Shown here piece after piece: positions 21,064 through 31,187 of a DNA stretch of 64,000 bases (positions are counted from its first letter, which is position 1; the number at the start of each line of letters is the position of its first letter). The DNA is taken from IMG/VR virus record IMGVR_UViG_3300029305_011619, one strand, 5' to 3'. Under the pieces are notes generated by a model. It was given only the letters and a program-made list of their open reading frames with translations, had not been told where the DNA came from and searched no databases. The position numbers and the translations under genes are program-made. The stretch comes from an uncultured virus (IMG/VR IMGVR_UViG_3300029305_011619) (taxonomy: Duplodnaviria > Heunggongvirae > Uroviricota > Caudoviricetes).

Positions 21064-21630
21064 TTAATTCTTAACTGGCGTGTATTTACAACATACTACA
21101 CCATTGATTTCACGTTGAATTTTACCAAGCTTCGCTTGTTTTAATAAACTACAGTTTCGCTTATACCTAGTACACCCGATGCAATTATCTTCAAATTCAG
21201 ATAATTGTGATGCATTTTTAAATACACCTATGTAGTCTGTTTTTTTTATTTCGATTTCAACTCTTGGTTTTTCAGAATCATAAAATATACCATGTACTCT
21301 TTCGCAAACAACATTATCATCTTCCCATATACATTTTGTATTTGTGATAGCGTCAAGCATACATTTAAAATAATTATTGCAATCCATATTTGTTTTAGGG
21401 AAATAAAACACACAATCAAAGTAAAAATGTTGATTTTTGCTAACAGGAATATCCCATCCTTGTTTTTTAACTTCGCTTTTTACATATCTTTCAAAGTCGG
21501 ATTGATAATTTTTAGCACTTTTTGTTTTATAACTCATAGCCATTGGCTTTCCGTTTTGCATAATAGTTCTATATGCGAGATAATGGTTAACGCTTGGTGG
21601 AATTTCTGATGTTAATTTTAAAACTTTAAT
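21064..21630 (-). CDS. rusA: RusA-like Holliday junction resolvase
   Basis: DCNNYFKCMLDAI...WEDD and EKPRVEIEI motifs. The N-terminal PPSVNHY motif lies upstream of the first ATG, implying an ATT/ATA start at 21630/21633. Confidence 0.75.
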   Translation of the reverse strand: MKVLKLTSEIPPSVNHYLAYRTIMQNGKPMAMSYKTKSAKNYQSDFERYVKSEVKKQGWDIPVSKNQHFYFDCVFYFPKTNMDCNNYFKCMLDAITNTKCIWEDDNVVCERVHGIFYDSEKPRVEIEIKKTDYIGVFKNASQLSEFEDNCIGCTRYKRNCSLLKQAKLGKIQREINGVVCCKYTPVKN

Positions 21631-21706
21631 TATATATCACCGTCCTATAAAAGAAAGGGGAGTAGAACATATACTACTCTGTTCTTACCCCCCTAATGAT
21701 AAATAA

Positions 21707-22015
21707 CTACTCTCCGAATAGATCTAGTGATTCTTCGTCTTCTTCGTCATCTTCCTCATCTTCGTCTTCATAATCATCAATTATATCCACTTCATCATAA
21801 ATATCCTCGTTGGAAGCATGATGAATATGAATGGTATCAGTAACAGAATCGATGTTTCGAGACTCACGAATCCTCTCTATGTATTCTTTATAACATTCTG
21901 TAGAGCAAGCAATAGCTTTCCATTTATTGGCGACTCCTATAGCAGATTTGCACCCTTCATAATGCTTCCCGCATACTCTACAAACAAGTTTCTTATTACT
22001 CATAATTAATACCAA
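21707..22015 (-). CDS. Small Cys-rich (CxxC...C...CSTEC) protein with an acidic tail
   Basis: CRVCGKHYEGC...ACSTECY and a D/E-rich C-terminus. Confidence 0.55.
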   Translation of the reverse strand: MVLIMSNKKLVCRVCGKHYEGCKSAIGVANKWKAIACSTECYKEYIERIRESRNIDSVTDTIHIHHASNEDIYDEVDIIDDYEDEDEEDDEEDEESLDLFGE

Positions 22016-22795
22016 TTATTCTGCGAATACGGTATAAGTCCACAGAGAGCCGTTGGAGCCGCAAGTTCCTGCTAAGGACTCTGCTTCAAATGCATGAACA
22101 GTCTGGTTATCACCCATATCGATATCATAGTTGCCGCTGAAATCAGCTTTCGGGATATAGAATTGGATGCGGTATACGTTGTTACATTCGTCTTCACCAA
22201 ACGCATCTATGTATAAAGCGCATTTTTCAGAATAAACGTCAGATACGTTATCCAGAACATCACCTTTTACATTTCTGGTATAGTACACAACAATTTCAGT
22301 ACCATCGTCATATTTGCCTTCTTCAAAGGAAATTTCTTTGCTCTCAGGATTATATGCAAATTTCTTATCTGCTGCAGCGGCATCCTGAGTTAATAACTCT
22401 CCGAGAGTACCGTCGGTATTTTTGATGTACAATTCGGAGATTTCATCGCCTTCGGTGCCGATTGCTTCATATAAAGTGGTAGCTTTGTTTCCTGTAATAG
22501 TCAGATAATCAACCCATTTAACGGGAGCATCTTCCATTCTTTTGAATTCGCTACCTGTCTGAACTTCCAGTAATCCGCCGGATACAAGACCGTTGGTACC
22601 GGAAACAACAACGCCTTTATTTTTCTTTAAAGAATTTAATTTTCTACCGCCTTTACCGGTGATATCTTGTTTTTCCTGAGTGTTTGCGATTTTTGCATTC
22701 TGCAACTCATCCAGGGTAAAGCGATAAGCACCTGTAGTAATATTAAACGCGGTAATAGTTTCCAAACTAGTAATAGTAATATCGTTAGGTTTCAT
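22016..22795 (-). CDS. Major tail (tube) protein
   Basis: Size, position, strong RBS (GGAGG) and high-expression codon usage. Confidence 0.65.
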   Translation of the reverse strand: MKPNDITITSLETITAFNITTGAYRFTLDELQNAKIANTQEKQDITGKGGRKLNSLKKNKGVVVSGTNGLVSGGLLEVQTGSEFKRMEDAPVKWVDYLTITGNKATTLYEAIGTEGDEISELYIKNTDGTLGELLTQDAAAADKKFAYNPESKEISFEEGKYDDGTEIVVYYTRNVKGDVLDNVSDVYSEKCALYIDAFGEDECNNVYRIQFYIPKADFSGNYDIDMGDNQTVHAFEAESLAGTCGSNGSLWTYTVFAE

Positions 22796-22806
22796 ATATT
22801 TTCCTC

Positions 22807-23529
22807 CTATTTTTTATTTGAATTTGCCATCCAGATTAATTCTTGATGGTCTATCTCTTTCGTATTTACTGTACCAGCATATATGCCAATCATTAGGTTG
22901 TCATAGCTTATTTTTTTGTTGGTTTGACGTAGGCTTGAGTATAGCTGGTAAATATTAATGTCTAACACAGACTTATAGTCATAAGGGAATTCTGGAGTAT
23001 TAACAAGAGATATAATAACATCCTCTATCTGAGAATGAAATTGATCACGTCTTCTTCTGTTTTGCTTCTTACGTGCTCTTTCAATCATAAACTTCTTAGC
23101 TTCTTCGTTAGCAGGCTTTTTATCTTGCTTGTCCAACTGAAGTAGCTTTCTCAAAAAAATGCATATTTTTTTATAAATCTCTTTATCTATGATAGCATTT
23201 GTCTTCTCATTGTATAATACAACCATACCGTTCTGTGGATTTACTATTCTGTGAAAGTCTTCGATGTTAATGTTGTTAAAAATCAAAGATAGATCTTTAT
23301 TCTTTAACTCTTCGAATAAGCTTAAAAATATATCCCAATCGGTAACAGTCGTGAAGTCTATCCCGATATCATCTAACTGTACCATCATATCATACGGTGT
23401 AGCTATAATAGCAGACACAAGAGAAAAATACTCTTCTTCATTATGTACAATCTCTCTTACGGTAGGAATTTGGATTGTGATATATTTGTTTATTTCATAC
23501 GAGCTCTTGTACAATAAACTACTTATCAT
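22807..23529 (-). CDS. Hypothetical virion morphogenesis protein
   Basis: ORF in the head-tail module. Confidence 0.45.
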   Translation of the reverse strand: MISSLLYKSSYEINKYITIQIPTVREIVHNEEEYFSLVSAIIATPYDMMVQLDDIGIDFTTVTDWDIFLSLFEELKNKDLSLIFNNINIEDFHRIVNPQNGMVVLYNEKTNAIIDKEIYKKICIFLRKLLQLDKQDKKPANEEAKKFMIERARKKQNRRRRDQFHSQIEDVIISLVNTPEFPYDYKSVLDINIYQLYSSLRQTNKKISYDNLMIGIYAGTVNTKEIDHQELIWMANSNKK

Positions 23530-23546
23530 ATTTTACTACTCCCATA

Positions 23547-24050
23547 CTATCTGTATTTACGACTTGATGGGGGGTGTTTTGAGCCTAAATTATTAAAATC
23601 TTTTGCATAATACACAGACGCTCTTCCCTGGTAGTCTGTGATCGGAGAAAATCTAGAAACAGATTTTAAGTTGAGCTCTCCGAGACCATAATATCGACTG
23701 CCGTTTAATATCTTTGAAAGTTCGGACGTTATCTTGTCGATCCTAACTCCACCTTCTAGCAATCTTAGTTTGCTTTTATGCGTAAAAACCCATATGTACA
23801 CCACTGGTATGTAAAATGTTTTATTTACAACATCAGCAATATCAACATCGAAACAAATAAATGTTTGTCCATCATCTACAGTTTCAGGCACGAATTCATA
23901 AGGGAATACTCTTGAGTATGGTAGACTCTTATTTGGAACAGGGCTGTTTTCGTTATCGGTAATTAATTTAACAATTTCTGCATTACTACAGATATCTTCC
24001 ATCAACTTGTTTTTGTAATCAAAAAGCTCATTTAGTTCCACTAAATCCAC
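23547..24050 (-). CDS. Putative tail terminator protein
   Basis: Position between head-tail adaptor and tube genes; RVFPYEFVPET pattern. Confidence 0.45.
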   Translation of the reverse strand: MDLVELNELFDYKNKLMEDICSNAEIVKLITDNENSPVPNKSLPYSRVFPYEFVPETVDDGQTFICFDVDIADVVNKTFYIPVVYIWVFTHKSKLRLLEGGVRIDKITSELSKILNGSRYYGLGELNLKSVSRFSPITDYQGRASVYYAKDFNNLGSKHPPSSRKYR

Positions 24051-24826
24051 CTGCCTTCCTCTGTTGCGTCTTTTTTATTTGTTGCACTTTCGATGATTTC
24101 TTCTAATGTTTTATCTTTGTCTTTATGACCGTTATCATGATTTGGTTTACTCCAATTAAAGAAGTCTGCTATACGAAGTTCAATATTATCGTCATCCGTT
24201 AGGTTAACTTCGTTAAGGATAAAACGAAATACACCATTTCCGTTATACACATTGTATAACTTGTTAGGTTTCGTAATTTGGTATGCCAAAACACGGTCTG
24301 AATCTAAATCGTCAACTAAAAACCGTTTACCTCTATTTAATTTATTGGTATCTTCATCTTTAGCCAATGTAATAGCGATTCTAGCATCACCAATCGACAT
24401 TAAATCGGACGATTTCTCTCCAATTAAGTATTTTGTTCCGTCTTCAACAACACACCATTTCTCAATCACTTTTCCGCTGTCATCAATCCATTTTAAAAGA
24501 TAATTGCATCGATGCATTCTACCTTCGGTGTATACCTCGTTGTTTGGATTGATTTCTGTGATTAGCCAATGCGAGCTGGCAAACTCTACGATACCACCAT
24601 GAGCAATATCCTCTCCGGGTAAAGAGAATATTTTTTTTACAGCCATATCTTCTGTAGTATCGGTAATAGTCAATCCTTGTGAAACTCCGTTGATCATAAC
24701 ACTATAAAACGATAAAGAGTCTTTGACCTTGCGTGCAATATACTCTTGAGTCCGTTTAAGGGCTCTATCGCGTTTTGTTGATCCGGTAGTACATATACGT
24801 TCTTCGTAACAATCCCAAACACTCAT
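24041..24826 (-). CDS. Putative head closure/adaptor protein
   Basis: HWLITE...RCNYLLKW motif; position in the module. Confidence 0.45.
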   Translation of the reverse strand: MSVWDCYEERICTTGSTKRDRALKRTQEYIARKVKDSLSFYSVMINGVSQGLTITDTTEDMAVKKIFSLPGEDIAHGGIVEFASSHWLITEINPNNEVYTEGRMHRCNYLLKWIDDSGKVIEKWCVVEDGTKYLIGEKSSDLMSIGDARIAITLAKDEDTNKLNRGKRFLVDDLDSDRVLAYQITKPNKLYNVYNGNGVFRFILNEVNLTDDDNIELRIADFFNWSKPNHDNGHKDKDKTLEEIIESATNKKDATEEGRWI

Positions 24827-24829
24827 AAG

Positions 24830-25159
24830 CTACACCTCCTCGTTGAAGTATCGCTTAATAATTTTTTTGCAAATATTGATTGCTTTAAAAATTTCACATT
24901 TAACCACACTGACGTCGCACTCGTTATTGCTTAAGAATTCTAAAATTGATAACAATCCTATAACTGCTCCGTCGTTTTTGGTAGCAGTCATTAAATCATG
25001 GAATCCAATAATCTCTCTCTGAAGACTATCGATATATTTATTTAATGACGGCTCTCCACTTTCTTTAATCGGAAGAATCTTGTAAAATTGACCTATTAAA
25101 GATACAAGATATTTCTTTACAGTGTTATCAGGCATATCAGCCCCTTTGGATGTCATCAT
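24830..25159 (-). CDS. Hypothetical protein (head-tail region)
   Basis: ORF translationally coupled to its neighbours. Confidence 0.45.
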   Translation of the reverse strand: MMTSKGADMPDNTVKKYLVSLIGQFYKILPIKESGEPSLNKYIDSLQREIIGFHDLMTATKNDGAVIGLLSILEFLSNNECDVSVVKCEIFKAINICKKIIKRYFNEEV

Positions 25160-25602
25160 AAATGTAGCTCGCTTAGATCACCGTGATTATACGAATAATC
25201 TTTCATCATATTAGAAAAATCACGTTTACACATCTTATACGCGGATGTAATTCTATTCAACAATTCTGCCGGAGAATACCCAGAGTAATCGGTTGTGTTG
25301 ATCATATTCTCGTAGTTTTCTTGCTTGTACATATACGGTTTCATCCATTGTACCAACATTCCCTCTGATATAATATCAGCAATTTCATCCAATTCTTCAT
25401 CAGGAATATCGGTCATGATAACTCGCTCTTCGTCATTATATGTAGTTAGGTCGTATTTACATATTTGATTAAACTGTGCACAAGCCCGTTTCATATATCC
25501 ATCTACTATCATAGTGCGGTCTGCGTCCGTTAATTTAATAAATTTATACTCTTCAACCTTATTTAAAAAGTAACTTGTAAGAATATCATAGGAAACGCCC
25601 AT
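25156..25602 (-). CDS. Putative head-tail connector protein
   Basis: Size, position after the capsid gene, DYSGYSPAELL motif. Confidence 0.5.
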   Translation of the reverse strand: MGVSYDILTSYFLNKVEEYKFIKLTDADRTMIVDGYMKRACAQFNQICKYDLTTYNDEERVIMTDIPDEELDEIADIISEGMLVQWMKPYMYKQENYENMINTTDYSGYSPAELLNRITSAYKMCKRDFSNMMKDYSYNHGDLSELHL

Positions 25603-25615
25603 TTATACGCCCCCT

Positions 25616-26179
25616 TTATCTTTCAATCAACTCAAGACCAAGACTCTCTTCTAATGCGTTAATCACACGAATTGAGTCAATAACACCTTCTGTAATAAGT
25701 TGTTTTGCTCGATACGCAACAGATTTCTTCTGTCCTTTTGATAAATTGCTGATAATTTCTTTAATCTCATCAGACGATTTAGTAAATAATTCATCGAATG
25801 TTTTAAAGCTCAATGCAAACTTATAGTATTGAGATACGCCTAAGTACTCAAGAACTTCCGGGTCGTCAATTAAAAACCAGTTGTTTTCAAAAAATGCCTT
25901 AGACGAATTCTTTGCGTTTTTAAGTTCCTGCAATTCCATATCTTGTTCGTTGCCGAATGACTCCCATACGAATCTTTCCTGCGTTTTTCTGCTTTTATAT
26001 ACCAAAGGCCCATGGAATCCGTTTTTCACCGTAATAATCATATTCGGGTCTAAAGAAACCTTTACACGGTATGTTTTTTGTTTAGGTTCTACAGTTTTTC
26101 CCTGGGTCACCGCTTCAGCATTAGAACTGTTTGTTTTTTGAGGTGTTTTCTTAATTGTTGTTTTTGGTTTAGTAGCCAT
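25616..26179 (-). CDS. Hypothetical protein downstream of the major capsid gene
   Basis: ORF with AAGGAG RBS. Confidence 0.5.
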   Translation of the reverse strand: MATKPKTTIKKTPQKTNSSNAEAVTQGKTVEPKQKTYRVKVSLDPNMIITVKNGFHGPLVYKSRKTQERFVWESFGNEQDMELQELKNAKNSSKAFFENNWFLIDDPEVLEYLGVSQYYKFALSFKTFDELFTKSSDEIKEIISNLSKGQKKSVAYRAKQLITEGVIDSIRVINALEESLGLELIER

Positions 26180-26265
26180 AATTTCTCCTTTAATTCTAAT
26201 AAATATAAGAGGGGATAACTATCGCTAACTATCCCCATAGTGTTACTCTTGCATGTATCGTCAGA

Positions 26266-27282
26266 TTATGCGATTACTTCATATCTACCAATGCCTGCGT
26301 TACCGCCAGCAAGAACGATACCCATACCGTATTTTTCACCATACAGATATTCCTGAGTGAAATCTTTATTTGCGGTAGGATCGCCCATTAATACAGTAGA
26401 CTGACCTTCGTATACACATTTGATCGGTTTATCATCACCAGCGATAATGGTGATTACGTTATCGTCGAATACGAAGTCGGTGCTACCCAGTTTGTGTCTC
26501 TGGGGAGTTGCAACCACAGGACTACCATAGAATTTACCGTAGTAACCAAGATTATACAGGTCGTTTTCGGAATCATGTCCCTGAATAGAGGGAGCAAGAT
26601 TACGCAGTGCTTTCTTAGTACCAATAATAGTTGCTGTTTTGCCACCTGCAGCGGATTCTACGTGTGCAATTATATCCAGTAATTCGTCTTCGTCGTAGTT
26701 ACCTGCAGCGGGGAAGTACACTGCACCACCAAAATCGGTTTCAGATGCAGAGTTCCATAATGCATATACATCATCCAGTAATTTTTTACGGAAAGATTCG
26801 GATACTTTTTTGATAAATTTGTTAAAGTCAACCTGTCCGGATAAAACTCTGTTTAATTCTTCGTAAATTTTCACAACCTTAAAGCTGGTCGGGATAGGAG
26901 CTTTGGTTACGCCGCCTAATCTCTGTCTTCTAACACCCTGAGTGCCATCAGCAGCATCAGAGATTACAAATAAGTTGCTGTCTTCTACTTCAAACTCATT
27001 TAAGTCACCAAGAGCTACGTTTCTGAAATCAACCAGTGCATTAAAGTATTCGTCGCCCTGGAAACCTTCAACGATAGTTCTGGATAAAATTTCTTCTACA
27101 ATAGCAAACAAGCCGTTACATTTACCGTCTCTGATTGCTTTATAATCTAAAGTGGTTTTACCACCGTTAATGTCTACCAGAGCTTGTCTTAAAACATCTA
27201 AAGATTCATTAACAGAATATTTAGTGGGTGTTCCATGATATGCGTCAAGAGCAAGTCTTACAATTTCATTATAATCAGTCAT
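26266..27282 (-). CDS. Major capsid protein
   Basis: 338 aa, strong RBS, biased codon usage, followed by a hairpin at about 26210-26236; follows the protease and decoration genes. Confidence 0.75.
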   Translation of the reverse strand: MTDYNEIVRLALDAYHGTPTKYSVNESLDVLRQALVDINGGKTTLDYKAIRDGKCNGLFAIVEEILSRTIVEGFQGDEYFNALVDFRNVALGDLNEFEVEDSNLFVISDAADGTQGVRRQRLGGVTKAPIPTSFKVVKIYEELNRVLSGQVDFNKFIKKVSESFRKKLLDDVYALWNSASETDFGGAVYFPAAGNYDEDELLDIIAHVESAAGGKTATIIGTKKALRNLAPSIQGHDSENDLYNLGYYGKFYGSPVVATPQRHKLGSTDFVFDDNVITIIAGDDKPIKCVYEGQSTVLMGDPTANKDFTQEYLYGEKYGMGIVLAGGNAGIGRYEVIA

Positions 27283-27306
27283 GTCTATATCCTCCTTATG
27301 TAAATA

Positions 27307-27795
27307 TTAGGCAATTTTAATAACGTAGTAAGTATATCTACCTGCTACTTCAATAGCCATAATTGTACCGTAACCGGTGCCGGATGCATTAATTTTACCG
27401 TTTGCGCCGATACCAACTTCGGTACCTACGCTTGCAGGAGCAGCGCCACCAACAAATCCTTCTTTGGTGATGGAATACATATTTCTGCTTCTTAAAACAT
27501 ATCCTCTACAGATAGAACCTGCGGGATTGATAAATTCATCAAGATTTTTCTTGGTTGCATCGTACATTACTTCTACGGAAGCAACAACTGCACAATCCTC
27601 CATTTTGCTTTCTGCGGTTGCGAGAACAGCTTTCATAACTTCTCTCTGACCGTCTTCATAACCCTGCAGTTCAACGACAGTGCCGTTTTCAACCGCGATG
27701 GTTTCACCTTCTGCGTCGTAAACTCTTAAAGAAACGAGGTCTGCTGCAACATTGGTGCCGGACATCGCGTCTGTTCTAATTACAGTATAAGCCAT
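27307..27795 (-). CDS. Head decoration/cement-like protein
   Basis: AVENGTVV motif; lies between protease and capsid genes. Confidence 0.55.
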   Translation of the reverse strand: MAYTVIRTDAMSGTNVAADLVSLRVYDAEGETIAVENGTVVELQGYEDGQREVMKAVLATAESKMEDCAVVASVEVMYDATKKNLDEFINPAGSICRGYVLRSRNMYSITKEGFVGGAAPASVGTEVGIGANGKINASGTGYGTIMAIEVAGRYTYYVIKIA

Positions 27796-27810
27796 ACTAA
27801 TATATCCTCC

Positions 27811-29406
27811 TTATTTGTTTCTCGGCTGGTATTTAACAAAGATACCGCCGTATGGTTCGTTAGTTAAATTTTTATCTTCTACAACTACTCTTGTAGAGGT
27901 TGGTTTGTTAGCAGAGAAGTTAACAACAACTTGTCTGCCCTGGATTTCGTAGCATTTATTTTCAATCTCATTGAGTTCCATCGATGCGTAGTTTACTTTT
28001 AAGTCTTCAAACGCTTCGGTGCCATCTAAATTAGAAAACCGACTAAAAATATCTGCAACAGCATTTTGTCTTTCCTGAGCATTCTTATCTGCTTTGTACT
28101 GTCTCAATTCTTTTAATTCTGACTCCATATTCGTAATGGACTGAGACTGTTTATTGTATCTCTCTTCAGAAACGGATTTCATGCCCAAAATCAATTTTTC
28201 AAATGTGTATTGATAATTGGTGTCATTGCTTCCCTCATCGAAGTCTACAATAGAAAACTTCTTACGTTTTTTGGTCTCAAAGTCAACCAAAACATTGTCT
28301 CCGTCTACAGAATATTGGAACCCGTATAATTTCCAGTCTTCGCAGTCGTAGCAGTATACTTCTGTACTCTCAAAACTATAGTCTACATATAAATACTTGT
28401 AGGTTTCGCCCCAATACGGATCGCTATATTTAATAGCGTATAACGCTTCGCATAATCCACTTCTGAGTTGTTCGCCGGACAGCGCAAAATTTGCGTCCGT
28501 ACCAGAAGAATCTCCAGTGGAATCGTCGTCTGCGTTCGCAGTGGGTTCTGTGTCGTCTGTAGTTTGAGCGCTCTGTGTTTCGTATTCAACTTGATTAGTG
28601 TTAGTGTTCTGTAGTTCATCAAGCTTTTCTTTTAATTCTTCGTATGTTAAATCTTCAATATCAAAGCTTAAATTTTCTACACTTAACCCATAAGTTGATA
28701 AAAGTTCCATCTTATCCAAAGATGCGGCTCCTCCTTTCAGTTTTTTTTGTAGATTTATATCATCCTCCGACGAGGAAGTGATAGCAGAAAAATGCTTCTT
28801 GTAGTCCGTCATCATTTCATTAAATTGTTTTTTGTATTGCTGTAAGCTAAACATTTCTAAGGACGCTGACTCAAAACAAGGCTCAATATCATCCCCTAAT
28901 AAACAAAAAGCCGTAAAGATAAAATCGTAGATTTCATAATAATCATCCACAGACTTTCCATTCTTTACGGTTATTTCCATTGATTGTGATGTAATGCCGT
29001 CACGTTTAATTTTTGAATACGCAGCAGCTCTTTTCCATAATATCGCCTCTACGCATAGATAATCATGGTTGACTCCGTTATCAGATACTGTCTCCCAGTA
29101 ATAATTACAATTTGATGGTATAACACCCACGGCATCCGTTAAGTTGATAATACGGTATCCGTTATTAGTTTGTACGATATCTATATCGTGTCCGCCAATC
29201 GTGTCATCGTGCACGTTGTAATTACAAACAATAGGGCAGTTATACATAGTTGGAATCGCTTTTTCTATTGCTTCTTTTGAAATCTTTGATCTGTTTCTGT
29301 TTGCGCCCGAATAGCATATTTTAATAATAGCTGCATCGAATGATTCATTAATTTCAACAATTTTTTCGACGGATGATGGATACTGTATCCACATACATTT
29401 ATCCAT
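27811..29406 (-). CDS. Prohead protease / scaffold protein
   Basis: GANRNRSKIS, IGGHD, QSMEI and FTAFCLLG...EPCFE motifs with a coiled-coil scaffold C-terminus; RBS before ATG 29406. Confidence 0.75.
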   Translation of the reverse strand: MDKCMWIQYPSSVEKIVEINESFDAAIIKICYSGANRNRSKISKEAIEKAIPTMYNCPIVCNYNVHDDTIGGHDIDIVQTNNGYRIINLTDAVGVIPSNCNYYWETVSDNGVNHDYLCVEAILWKRAAAYSKIKRDGITSQSMEITVKNGKSVDDYYEIYDFIFTAFCLLGDDIEPCFESASLEMFSLQQYKKQFNEMMTDYKKHFSAITSSSEDDINLQKKLKGGAASLDKMELLSTYGLSVENLSFDIEDLTYEELKEKLDELQNTNTNQVEYETQSAQTTDDTEPTANADDDSTGDSSGTDANFALSGEQLRSGLCEALYAIKYSDPYWGETYKYLYVDYSFESTEVYCYDCEDWKLYGFQYSVDGDNVLVDFETKKRKKFSIVDFDEGSNDTNYQYTFEKLILGMKSVSEERYNKQSQSITNMESELKELRQYKADKNAQERQNAVADIFSRFSNLDGTEAFEDLKVNYASMELNEIENKCYEIQGRQVVVNFSANKPTSTRVVVEDKNLTNEPYGGIFVKYQPRNK

Positions 29407-29454
29407 ATTGATCCACCTCATATCTTTCATGCGTTATGTTAATATTAATGCATA

Positions 29455-29631
29455 CTAAAAAGTCATAACATTTGATGCTACATGAGGGATATCAAGATTT
29501 TCGAAAGCCATATCAGCTTTATTTTCAAAAATCCATACAGGTCTATCTTTGTTTTTATTATACTTTAATAGTTTATACCCGCGTGATATCAGCAAATCTT
29601 TGCTTTTAGCATCCATAACATAAATGAACAT
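29455..29631 (-). CDS. Small hypothetical protein (58 aa)
   Basis: Read by hand: AAAGGAG RBS, MFIYVMDAKSKDLLISRGYKLLK... Confidence 0.55.
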   Translation of the reverse strand: MFIYVMDAKSKDLLISRGYKLLKYNKNKDRPVWIFENKADMAFENLDIPHVASNVMTF

Positions 29632-29660
29632 AGTATTTTCTCCTTTATTTCTGTATTGTC

Positions 29661-31169
29661 CTACTCATCTTCTCTTGTTTGAACACCAGACTCTGTTAGG
29701 TCATCGTCGTCTTTTATAGGACGACCAGGTTCACTATTAGCAGACTGTGTGGAAGAACTTTGCAATGGTATAAATCTTCCTTTAATGCCTAACACATCAT
29801 CTTCTAGGAAGTTCATATAATCCATTTCATCTTGAGACAATCCTTGTGACGCACAGTAGTAAGAAACCATCGGCATACCGTACTGGCAAGCTTTAATATA
29901 CGCATCACCAAGCTCTTTGCGATTAAATGCACTGCAGTTTAAGAATGTTACTTTAAAGTTTTTACCGTATGACTGAGCGTGTATGAATCGATTTAATGCA
30001 CCTTCAATACTTTTTACAATACCATATGTAAGGGCTTGGTCTGCCTTAATCGAGGTAGATAAGGCATTAGCAGATGCCTTTTCATTATTAAATAACAAGC
30101 TGGATACACCAGCAGCGGTAAATAAGTTCTGCTCTGCTTTAGATATTGTGTCTGTGTCTCCGGCTGTATTTCTCTCAAAACTAATCTTCTCAATAGGCAT
30201 CGGAGTTAAAACAGAGCCTATTTCTTCCGGTAAGACGTTATCAAGATTTCTCCAAAAATCCTTCGCTTTGTCGAAATCCATCTCCCACTCGCCATCTTCA
30301 TTGATACCGAGCTTCATAACTAACATAGCGTAATTTTCCAGTGTTGTTTTGCTTAATTTTAGCTGTCTGTAATCCTCTAAGTCATAAATTTCTCTTAGAA
30401 TCCCAACGAATGGTGGTAGGGCATAGTTTAAAATATCAGTATTGCATTTTACGGCAAATGACGTCGGAGCGTCTAATTCCTGCCATTGTTTTCCCATTCT
30501 GTCCTCTTGATATAGTTTGTATTTCTGTTGAAACTCAGTAGGATACATTTCCAAATACTGGCTATTAGTATCGAAGTAAGAGAAATTAAATGACACGTTT
30601 AATACATTATCCTCAATAACAGCAACACTGCAGTAGTCAGATGGTAGTTGTTGGATAATCACGCTATTAGGAGTAACCCACATAGTTCCATAAAAAACAT
30701 CTTCTCTTAAGCATACGGTTACGACTTTAGAAAACTGGTTTTTGATATCCATCGATGACAATAAGTTAATGACCTTATTGTAGTTTTTTCTTGTAGTTTT
30801 TGCCTTAGCTGTTGCTGTATCTATTTTGTACGGGGATACAACATAGGAAAGATCTGACAAACTTGTAAAATACTGAATAAGTCTTCTAAAATGAGAGCTG
30901 GCTCCATATATATATGTAATAGCCTTTCTGATATTTTGCTCGTTTGTCGCCGGGTTCTTAAGGAATGATGTGATATCATCTTTGGTATACAAAGAGAAAG
31001 AAGTTGAAGACATTGAGCTGTTCAAGTCACGTAAGATCAACTTGTTGATTCCTGCAAAATTTCTCGGTAAACGCATCATAGAATCCAAATTCATAGATTT
31101 GCTGTATACTGAGTTATCATTTGTACCTGATATATCAGTTACAACAACTTCTTTTTCATTTTTGCTCAT
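29661..31169 (-). CDS. Portal protein
   Basis: 502 aa directly after the terminase; AAGVSSLLFN and PLQSSSTQS...GRP C-terminus. Confidence 0.75.
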   Translation of the reverse strand: MSKNEKEVVVTDISGTNDNSVYSKSMNLDSMMRLPRNFAGINKLILRDLNSSMSSTSFSLYTKDDITSFLKNPATNEQNIRKAITYIYGASSHFRRLIQYFTSLSDLSYVVSPYKIDTATAKAKTTRKNYNKVINLLSSMDIKNQFSKVVTVCLREDVFYGTMWVTPNSVIIQQLPSDYCSVAVIEDNVLNVSFNFSYFDTNSQYLEMYPTEFQQKYKLYQEDRMGKQWQELDAPTSFAVKCNTDILNYALPPFVGILREIYDLEDYRQLKLSKTTLENYAMLVMKLGINEDGEWEMDFDKAKDFWRNLDNVLPEEIGSVLTPMPIEKISFERNTAGDTDTISKAEQNLFTAAGVSSLLFNNEKASANALSTSIKADQALTYGIVKSIEGALNRFIHAQSYGKNFKVTFLNCSAFNRKELGDAYIKACQYGMPMVSYYCASQGLSQDEMDYMNFLEDDVLGIKGRFIPLQSSSTQSANSEPGRPIKDDDDLTESGVQTREDE

Positions 31170-31187
31170 CTTTCTGTATCACCACCT